Source: a virus (lineage: Duplodnaviria; Caudoviricetes). Taken from it: a stretch of DNA of 38,359 nucleotides. The notes under the pieces are model-generated. The model had not been told where the DNA came from and did not search any database. It saw only the letters and a list, made by a program, of their open reading frames with translations. The DNA is taken from IMG/VR virus record IMGVR_UViG_3300037358_000195, positions 1 through 38,359 of that record; one strand, written 5' to 3'. Position numbers and translations under genes: made by a program. Shown here one piece after another: positions 1 to 6,575 of this stretch; the stretch's first letter is position 1; each line of letters opens with the position of its first letter.

Positions 1-1320
1 TTATGCGGGCTGGCCGGCGTATTGCCAAAGGGGCAGGATGTTCTGGGCGCGCTCGGGCTCGATGGCGAACCAAGCTCGCGCGAGATCCTCTTCCATGGGC
101 TCGTTGTAATGCTTCCGGATTTTGACCTCGCTTGTGCCGGCTTCCTCGGCCACCTGGGCGCGGTTCTTCACGATGGCGAGCCTGGCGCTGATGACGGTGT
201 GACGGAGGGCGTTCGGCCTCCAGCCCATTTGGACCCAGCGGCCGTCGATCTCGGTGCCGGTGATCCGGCCGAGGCGCCCCGTTTCCGTCTTGCTCGGTTG
301 TTCGCCCGGGCAGACTAAGCCGGTTGCATCATGCCACGGTTCGAGCCAAGCGATGAGGTTGGCGGGCATCGGTACATGGCGGGGCTCTCCAACCTTGCTC
401 GTCTCGCGTCGGATGCTGATGAATTTTTTCTTCCACCGGAAGTCGCTCCACCGCAGGGCGTCCTTGTTCGTCTGAGGATCGGACGAGACCTCTTCGCTTC
501 GGACGGTGGCGAAGCCGCAAATGAGAAGCCAGGGAAGAAACCGCGGGCGGATATTCGCGATCCAGGCGCGCATTTCATCGGAGGTATAGGTGGTGATGGG
601 ACCGCGCTTCTTCGGCTCCTCGAGGGGCTTCACGCTCTCGGCGGCCGTCAGGCGATCGTGGGGCAGCCATGACATCCGCTTCGCATGGCTGAAGAGGTAA
701 ACGGCTGCGCTGCGCAGATGATTGCGCCGCTTCCAGCCGAAGCCGGCTGCCGCCTGCTCGGCGCGGAGCCACGCGAGAATTTCCTCGGGCGTGACTTCTG
801 AAATCAGGCGTCCGGCAAACGCGGCCTCGAAGCGGGCAAGATCGTTGCGAACGTCGCGCTTGAAGCGGCCGGAGAGGTCGCGCTCGCCCACCTCGGCCTT
901 CAAGGCGACGGCAACTTCCTCCACCTTCTTCTCGACGATGCGCGCGCCGGCGTTGCGTTTGTAGAAGAGGGCAAGCTCGCGGAGGGGCACGGCGCCGACG
1001 ATACGATGGGCCTCGGCTGCGTCGCGGGCGACGGCGTCGACCTGGAGATTGAGCGGGGCGAGGACCTCGCGGGCGGCGACGTAGATGCGTCGGTCGCCGG
1101 CGTCGACGTCGAGGGCCTCGGTTTCGGCGTTGCCGATCGCCAGCGCGGTGCGTTCAGCGTCTGCGCGGAGTGTGGCGAGATCGCGGCGGATGGATTGCTT
1201 CCAGCCGCTTCCATGTTTGTAGCGGAAGCCGAGACGGCCATCGCTGGCCAGGAAGAGGCGAAAGACGACGCTGCCGAATTTGAGCGACGCGGGGACGCCG
1301 GCGGGAAGCTTGCGCCTCAT
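1..1320 (-). CDS. int: Tyrosine recombinase / phage integrase (439 aa from ATG 1320)
   Basis: Catalytic motifs ATVRSEE (R), TSKVG (K), NALRHT (HxxR box with N), AGTS and KHY (Y). ATG 1320 overlaps the stop of the upstream gene (ATGA), so it is favoured over the ORF-track start at 1461. Confidence 0.92.
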   Translation of the reverse strand: MRRKLPAGVPASLKFGSVVFRLFLASDGRLGFRYKHGSGWKQSIRRDLATLRADAERTALAIGNAETEALDVDAGDRRIYVAAREVLAPLNLQVDAVARDAAEAHRIVGAVPLRELALFYKRNAGARIVEKKVEEVAVALKAEVGERDLSGRFKRDVRNDLARFEAAFAGRLISEVTPEEILAWLRAEQAAAGFGWKRRNHLRSAAVYLFSHAKRMSWLPHDRLTAAESVKPLEEPKKRGPITTYTSDEMRAWIANIRPRFLPWLLICGFATVRSEEVSSDPQTNKDALRWSDFRWKKKFISIRRETSKVGEPRHVPMPANLIAWLEPWHDATGLVCPGEQPSKTETGRLGRITGTEIDGRWVQMGWRPNALRHTVISARLAIVKNRAQVAEEAGTSEVKIRKHYNEPMEEDLARAWFAIEPERAQNILPLWQYAGQPA

Positions 1321-1757
1321 GGCGAAGTGGCGAGGTCCTGGTCGCCGATCCGGACGCGCGTGGCCGTCCAGACGGTATGCGCGCCGTTCGGATCGAGTTC
1401 GACGGACCAACGATCGCGCAAGTTCGCGCCGAAGCCATTCTGTGCATCGACCCATCCCCATGCCTCGCCGGCGCCGCTCGAGGGAAGGCTAATGCCGGCG
1501 CCGGGATCCTCGATGCCAGAGAACCGGGCGCTCGCGGGCGTCTTCAACCCGTTGCGGACTGCATCGACTGCCCTGTAATACGCATCAAGCTCCTGATGGT
1601 GACGTTCATCGGCTGCTGAGGGGGGCGTTGGGCGACCTATCCAAGAGAAGAAGGAGAATAGTATCCAGAAGGTAAGACAGCAGCCCGAGGCCATCACGAA
1701 CAAGGCAATCCACTTACTCGCATCGCCGGACTTTTGATGGGAGACCTGGATTTTCAT
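1317..1757 (-). CDS. Single-pass membrane protein of the LKxPxSAxF...VDAQNxFGA type often seen beside prophage integrases; function unknown
   Basis: Hydrophobic segment WIALFVMASGCCLTFWILFSFFSWI, motifs LKTPASARF and WVDAQNGFGANLR, ATGA overlaps at both ends. Confidence 0.75.
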   Translation of the reverse strand: MKIQVSHQKSGDASKWIALFVMASGCCLTFWILFSFFSWIGRPTPPSAADERHHQELDAYYRAVDAVRNGLKTPASARFSGIEDPGAGISLPSSGAGEAWGWVDAQNGFGANLRDRWSVELDPNGAHTVWTATRVRIGDQDLATSP

Positions 1758-2070
1758 TTTTGCCTTTCCTTCGCGACCATTCCGCGGATGGCGTCGCCCG
1801 TTTTGGCGACGCGAGTAGGGCCGGCGGCGTCTGGAGATTCGGCAATTCTGGAAGAAGAGATTTCTTCCGCATCCGCAACGGCCGGGAGAAGCGTGATGTT
1901 TTTTTGACGGAGGTCGTCTTCGACGGCGACTTGAAGCTGACGGACGATCCAGTTGGAGCGGCTCCTACCGTCGGCTTTGGGAGGCGGTCGATTCGCTCCA
2001 GGAGGGATTTTGGCATCGAAATGCTGATCTGAACCTGATCGTCGGCCCGTTTGGGCGGTTTTTTCGGCAT
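1754..2070 (-). pseudogene. Ribbon-helix-helix (CopG/Arc-like) repressor with a 1-nt deletion at 1980/1981
   Basis: MPKKPPKRADDQVQISISMPKSLLERIDRL in one frame continues as KADGRSRSNWIVRQLQVAV...KERQK in another. Restoring one base gives DRLAKADGRSRS, a 105-aa protein matching the paralog at 2155. Confidence 0.85.
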
Positions 2071-2154
2071 GTCTGTGACCCATATCAATGATTTTCATTA
2101 AATGCCATCATTTTTTATTGACTGGCTGTGATGGGCTGTGATACAGCATTTCGC
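2071..2154. promoter_or_regulatory. Divergent promoter/operator region of the phage switch
   Basis: AT-rich intergenic region; TTGACT at 2118-2123 followed by a GATACA/ATACAG -10-like box at about 2140; tandem GGCTGTGAT at 2124-2132 and 2134-2142; related GTCTGTGAC at 2071-2079. Confidence 0.7.
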
Positions 2155-2346
2155 ATGACGACCGAAAACCCATCAGCGACCTCCGAGGAGGAGCTGGTCC
2201 AAATCACGATTTCGAGCCTGCCACCCGATCTCCTGGAGAAGATCGACAGGCTCGCCAAGGCAGAGCGGCGCTCGCGCAGCGCTTTCATCGTTTCCCGGCT
2301 CGAAAGGGCTGTGAAGGACCAGGAAGGCGATCAACTCGCCGCGTAG
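2155..2346 (+). CDS. Ribbon-helix-helix regulator (Cro-like position), 63 aa
   Basis: VQITISSLPPDLLEKIDRLAKAERRSRSAFIVSRLERAV is a typical RHH strand-helix-helix pattern. Confidence 0.88.
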   Translation: MTTENPSATSEEELVQITISSLPPDLLEKIDRLAKAERRSRSAFIVSRLERAVKDQEGDQLAA

Positions 2347-2376
2347 CCAGCTCTCACTCGACGGACGCCAAACCGT

Positions 2377-2958
2377 ATGAAGATCGAGATACCGGAGGAC
2401 CTGGTGATCGCGGGCGTAGCCGCAGCGGCCGAGGAGCTGCTGACGATGCAGCGGTGTTTCGTCGAACGCGGCGAAGAGGCGACGATCCGCGATCCCCGGC
2501 TCATCGAGGCGATCATCCTCAATACGTTCATCCTGGCGCGCGACGTGGGAGCGTTCTATTTCGGCTGGGAGGCCAGTAACGGCGCGCTGAGGTACTTCAC
2601 CGGCTTAAAGCCGATCGCGTTGACTGGCTATATCAACGGGTGCGCTATGGGATTCCGCCGTGGTCACGGTTTGCGCTTCGACGAAAGGATTGTCGCGAAG
2701 AATGATTTCGATATCGCGGCCGCGAATGCCTTTGCCCACCGGATGTGCGTGAAGGATTGCAGATATACCTTTTGCCAAAAGGAAACCTTTGTCGGAAAGG
2801 GAGGGCAGGCCGCTTTCCGAAGTTCCATCACAGAGAAGCGCGACGTCGAGCTGCTCAGGAAGAAATGGGGCGATATCTTCCACGCCGGCGGATTCTCGGG
2901 TACCAGGAAGAGGGACTACGCCGGCGCGCAAAAGATCACAATGCACCTTCCTTTTTAA
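2377..2958 (+). CDS. Chimeric ORF: short N-terminus fused to the C-terminal part of a TET-associated (TAGT/GREB1-like) glycosyltransferase-like protein
   Basis: Motifs FDERIVAKNDFD, DCRYTF, GKGGQAAFRS and LRKKWG resemble phage TAGT-like GT-A enzymes. The N-terminal nucleotide-binding part and the DDD motif are missing. Confidence 0.6.
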   Translation: MKIEIPEDLVIAGVAAAAEELLTMQRCFVERGEEATIRDPRLIEAIILNTFILARDVGAFYFGWEASNGALRYFTGLKPIALTGYINGCAMGFRRGHGLRFDERIVAKNDFDIAAANAFAHRMCVKDCRYTFCQKETFVGKGGQAAFRSSITEKRDVELLRKKWGDIFHAGGFSGTRKRDYAGAQKITMHLPF

Positions 2959-3137
2959 TATATGAGCCAATGGATTGACTGGCCCGCTGATAGGCCGCTA
3001 TGGAGTCCTACCCCTTTGGACCTACATTTCCCAAAAAGCGGATCAAGGTCAGTTTCTTCCAACCGGTCGAGATCACGGAGCCTCCTCAAAAGGCTCGCTA
3101 GCGAAAGCGCCCAGGCGTAGCCTCCTGACCGAACATC

Positions 3138-3169
3138 AAACCGGGATGAGCCAACCCGTAAAAACAGGC
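3138..3169 (+). promoter_or_regulatory. 32-nt pseudoknot-like 5' leader element, copy 1
   Basis: AAACCGGGATGAGCCAACCCGTAAAAACAGGC: CGGG/CCCG stem, loop GCC complementary to the 3' GGC; ends 10 nt before ATG 3180. Confidence 0.7.
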
Positions 3170-3179
3170 GCCTTGAAAG

Positions 3180-3365
3180 ATGCCAAATCAGAAAGCGCTG
3201 AAGCTGCCTGACGCTTTGCTCGTCCGGTATTACCGCGAGGGAAGGATCGAAAAAGTTCGAAAGGTCGCCCAGAACAGGAGGACAAAGGCGGTCACCGTTA
3301 CCCTGGAGGACGGCACGGTGGATAAATGGAAGCACGTAAGCGACTGGATTCCGGACTTGGATTGA
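3180..3365 (+). CDS. Hypothetical protein, 61 aa
   Basis: ATG ORF preceded by the conserved leader element; protein-like composition. Confidence 0.65.
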   Translation: MPNQKALKLPDALLVRYYREGRIEKVRKVAQNRRTKAVTVTLEDGTVDKWKHVSDWIPDLD

Positions 3366-3393
3366 TAGGGTTGCCCGGGCAAGACTGCCCCTC

Positions 3394-3717
3394 GTGAGCG
3401 CCCAAAATGCCAAAGACGCCGCCGACGATTGGGTTGCCAGGGCGCGGCTTCCCGATCGCGGCGACGGCCGGAAGCTGCAGCTTGTCATTTTTCAAAATGA
3501 CGAGGACTGCCGCTTTTTCTATCCGCGCCGGGTCCTGACGTGGCAACAGAAGGTAAACACCTATGTCTCCCGCGCGGTACGGGTGCGCGGGATCCGCGTG
3601 CAGAGGATCTGCGTGACGCCGGCGGATTACCACGCCTGGCGCGGAGAGCGCGGTGATACAATGGAATTACGCCGTGAATACGCGGACGGCCTCCAAGTCC
3701 TAATCGACCCGGCGTAA
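3394..3717 (+). CDS. Hypothetical protein, 107 aa
   Basis: Fills the gap in the + strand gene run; protein-like composition. Confidence 0.65.
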   Translation: MSAQNAKDAADDWVARARLPDRGDGRKLQLVIFQNDEDCRFFYPRRVLTWQQKVNTYVSRAVRVRGIRVQRICVTPADYHAWRGERGDTMELRREYADGLQVLIDPA

Positions 3718-3833
3718 GCACCGGCCCTGCCAGGCGCAGGAAAAGTGATTGAGGGGTTGGTTTCGCGCGACGTTACGACTGGCGGCAGGCGAAACTCTAC
3801 TCGTTCGGGGGACAATCCCTCGGGCACAAACCA

Positions 3834-3865
3834 AAACCGGGAAGAGCCAACCCGACCAAACAGGC
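3834..3865 (+). promoter_or_regulatory. 32-nt pseudoknot-like 5' leader element, copy 2
   Basis: AAACCGGGAAGAGCCAACCCGACCAAACAGGC, 28/32 identical to copy 1; ends 10 nt before ATG 3876. Confidence 0.7.
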
Positions 3866-3875
3866 ATTTCGAAAA

Positions 3876-4247
3876 ATGAAACCAGTCACTAAAATCCGCA
3901 GTCTCGGATTCATCAAAGTCAACAAACTCGTGCGCGCAGCGCGCCGCCTCGAGGAGCTTACGCCGGCCTTCGAGGATTGGGCATCCGGGGAAATCTACGT
4001 GTGCAAGAAGACGGGCGATTACCGTTACAGGTTCGGCGACCGCAGCAAATCGGTCGCTCCATGGAATGCGGTCGCTCGGGAAATGTTCGCCGGCCCGGAG
4101 GAACTCGCCTTCGCCGCGATGGTACTAATTAGGGACCAAGTAGTGCCCAAATTGCAGTCAAACACTGCAAAATTGCAGCCGGGCGCTGCAACTTCCAGCC
4201 GCGCCAACATCATCGCGCTCGCCAGCGCCAGCGAGGAGGCCGCGTAA
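3876..4247 (+). CDS. Hypothetical protein, 123 aa
   Basis: ATG ORF after the leader element; C-terminal EEAA end similar to neighbouring early genes. Confidence 0.7.
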   Translation: MKPVTKIRSLGFIKVNKLVRAARRLEELTPAFEDWASGEIYVCKKTGDYRYRFGDRSKSVAPWNAVAREMFAGPEELAFAAMVLIRDQVVPKLQSNTAKLQPGAATSSRANIIALASASEEAA

Positions 4248-4248
4248 C

Positions 4249-4440
4249 ATGAGCCGCAGCGCCACAATCTCCGCGCTCTTCCGGCGCAACCGTTGGAGTT
4301 TCTCCGTGGTTCCGTTCCTTCGCCTGTCGGGTCGCTGGCTTTCCGAAGCCGGTTTCCCTACGGGCTGCAAGGTCCAGGTCCACGTCGAGGCCGGGAGCAT
4401 CACCATCCGCCCGGCCGATGGATCGGCATCAATGTTATGA
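4249..4440 (+). CDS. symE: SymE-like (AbrB-fold) type I toxin family protein
   Basis: PFLRLSGRWLSEAGFPTGCKVQVHVEAGSITI matches the SymE pattern PxLxLxGxWLxxAGFxxGxxVxVxVxxGxI. Confidence 0.8.
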   Translation: MSRSATISALFRRNRWSFSVVPFLRLSGRWLSEAGFPTGCKVQVHVEAGSITIRPADGSASML

Positions 4441-5078
4441 TCCGGCTCGATCTCCCACTCATTGGCCCTGCCGTCTCCGTGCTGGAGACGGCCAGGGTGC
4501 TGGCCTCGAGGCATCGGAGCGTGGCCATCCTCACGCATGGCGATCCGGGCGTGGGCAAGTCCCACCTGCTCGATCTGCTCGCGGCCGAGATTACCGGCTC
4601 GCCGTTCGCGGTCGAACGGGTGAACGGGCAGTCCCTCGGCATTGACCTGGTCAGGGAGTGGCGCCAGCGCGCCGGCTACGGCAACCTCTTCTCTTCCTGG
4701 ACGGTGAAGAGGATTGACGAACTGGACGAGGCAAGTTCCAGCGCCCGCGCGGAGCTGCTCAGCTACCTCGATTATATGCCCAACGGACTTGCCATCCTCG
4801 CCAGCACGAACAATTACGGCCGGCTGAGGGCGGAATCGAAAGGCCGGCTGGAGACGCGGTTCAAAACCTTCCGCGTGGACGCGCCTTCGATCGAGGAGGC
4901 GCGGCGATACCTCCGGGCGCAATTCCGGATTCCCGTCGGCGCCGCCCAGGCCATCGCCCAGGGCGCGATCCCGGACGGCTGTTTGCCGTCGGAAGGGGTG
5001 AATATGCGGGCGTGCATCGAGGACGCCGAGGCCTTCGCCGCCGCAGCGGCCGTGCGAAAGACGGAGGTCGCGGCGTGA
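4437..5078 (+). CDS. Clamp-loader-clade AAA+ ATPase (RarA/MgsA N-terminal-like)
   Basis: Walker A GDPGVGKS, Walker B RIDELD, sensor-1 ASTNN, arginine finger LETRF; ATG 4437 overlaps the SymE stop. Confidence 0.82.
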   Translation: MIRLDLPLIGPAVSVLETARVLASRHRSVAILTHGDPGVGKSHLLDLLAAEITGSPFAVERVNGQSLGIDLVREWRQRAGYGNLFSSWTVKRIDELDEASSSARAELLSYLDYMPNGLAILASTNNYGRLRAESKGRLETRFKTFRVDAPSIEEARRYLRAQFRIPVGAAQAIAQGAIPDGCLPSEGVNMRACIEDAEAFAAAAAVRKTEVAA

Positions 5079-5641
5079 CGTTCGCACAGGTGGTCACGCC
5101 CGGCGGCTACATCTGCGGGGAGGTCGCGAGCGCGATGCAGAAATGCATCCGCCGCGGCCTCGCCGATGACGCGCTATATTGGGCAACGGAACTCGACCTG
5201 GCCGGGTACGGGGAATACGTCTTCAAACGCCTCAGAATCATCGCGAGCGAGGACGTGGGGTTGGGAGAGCCGCTGGCGTCGGCGACGATCCAGGCGCTTT
5301 ACCAGAGCTGGCTGGACGTGCGTAGGAAGAAGGACACACTGCACGCCCCGGAGCGGTTGTTCCTGGTCCACGCTGTTCTCTTCCTCGCGGCTTCCAGGAA
5401 GAGCCGGATGGTGGACCATGCGCTGGTGGTGATGTACGAGGGCCGGCGCGATCCGCGCCCGATCCCCGACTTCGCCCTGGACCGTCATACCGTGCGCGGG
5501 AGGGCCGCAAAACGGGCGTGGCGGCACTTCTGGCAACACGGGAGCCATCTGGAGAACAAGGCCGCCCTGGACGATCCCTACGAAGAGCAGGCACGGGCCA
5601 TTCGGCAGGACAAACAGGCCGATCTGCCCGGGTTCGAATAG
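5075..5641 (+). CDS. Stand-alone RarA/MgsA C-terminal-like domain protein
   Basis: SAMQKCIRRG-ADDALYW...KRLRIIASEDVGLGEP corresponds to the MgsA motif SAxxKSxRGSDxDAAxYW...RRLxxxASEDIGxADP; GTG 5075 overlaps the upstream stop (GTGA). Confidence 0.82.
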   Translation: MTFAQVVTPGGYICGEVASAMQKCIRRGLADDALYWATELDLAGYGEYVFKRLRIIASEDVGLGEPLASATIQALYQSWLDVRRKKDTLHAPERLFLVHAVLFLAASRKSRMVDHALVVMYEGRRDPRPIPDFALDRHTVRGRAAKRAWRHFWQHGSHLENKAALDDPYEEQARAIRQDKQADLPGFE

Positions 5642-5660
5642 GTGACAGCCCTTCCCAGGG

Positions 5661-6575
5661 GTGAAGCTATCGCCCGAGGACCTTGACAAGCTGCAGGTCA
5701 AGCAAGTCGCCAACATCATCCGGAAGCTGAACGCCGGCAAAACCCTCACGGCGCGTGAGGAGGCGCTCCTCGCCCAGGCACGTACCGGCGGGAGCGCCAC
5801 GGCGCCCAGCGCGTTCGCCCAGACTTGGGACGATCTCGCGCAGCGCCTCGGCGTCAGCCGAAAATCGCTCCAGAACTGGCGGGAGCGTCCCGATCTGATA
5901 GGACTCCTCCCGCGTCCTCGCGCGGATGGCCGGCATGACGTCACGGCATGGGCGAAGGCGATGGTCGACCATGGGCTGGCTCGCGCGGACGAAAACGCGA
6001 TCGGGGCCCCGAAATCGGTCCGGGACTGGAAAGCCTACCGGGAGGAGCTGACGTGCCGTGAGATCGAGCGCCGGATCGCGCGCGGAGACGGGAAGCTCCT
6101 GGTTGCCTCGGATATCGAGGTCGCCCTGGGGCAGTTCCTTGCTGGCATCAGCACGGCGCTCACGCATCTTCCTGGAAGTGCGGCGCGGTTCCTGGTCGGG
6201 ATCCGCGATATCCATGTGGTTCAGGCGAAGCTGCAAAGCGAGATAGACACGATTCTCTTGCGGCTGAACGCGGCGCGCTTCCTGGAGGAGCAATTGATTG
6301 CCGAGGTCGTAGGGGAGATCGCCATCGAGGGTCAGGACGCGACGGCTATCGCAGGATGCGTGCGCGAGGTACTGCGGAGAATGGGACGCCGCGCTTTGCC
6401 AGGCGAAGCCGCCGAATCTCTCCCCGTGCAATGCGCGCCAGAGCACTCAGAAGAGGCCGAAGAGCCAGTTCCGCCAGCGCCACCGCAAAAACGAAAGCCC
6501 AAAAAGTCACCGGGCAAGAGTGCCAAATTGACGGCGAACCGCAAGCGTGTTCCTGCCAAGCAGCGAAGAAAGTAA
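5661..6575 (+). CDS. Terminase small subunit-like protein
   Basis: HTH (WDDLAQRLGVSRKSLQNWR), helical core, basic C-terminal tail; immediately upstream of the large terminase. Confidence 0.75.
   Translation: MKLSPEDLDKLQVKQVANIIRKLNAGKTLTAREEALLAQARTGGSATAPSAFAQTWDDLAQRLGVSRKSLQNWRERPDLIGLLPRPRADGRHDVTAWAKAMVDHGLARADENAIGAPKSVRDWKAYREELTCREIERRIARGDGKLLVASDIEVALGQFLAGISTALTHLPGSAARFLVGIRDIHVVQAKLQSEIDTILLRLNAARFLEEQLIAEVVGEIAIEGQDATAIAGCVREVLRRMGRRALPGEAAESLPVQCAPEHSEEAEEPVPPAPPQKRKPKKSPGKSAKLTANRKRVPAKQRRK

Noticed and set aside
1321-1461. N-terminal 47 aa of the integrase as given in the ORF track
   Set aside because: Overlaps the membrane protein gene on the same strand; ATG 1320 gives a clean ATGA coupling
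2962-3211. Short ORFs 2962-3120 (52 aa) and 2975-3211
   Set aside because: No recognisable motifs, low-complexity Ser/Arg content, and overlap with likely regulatory sequence; not supportable
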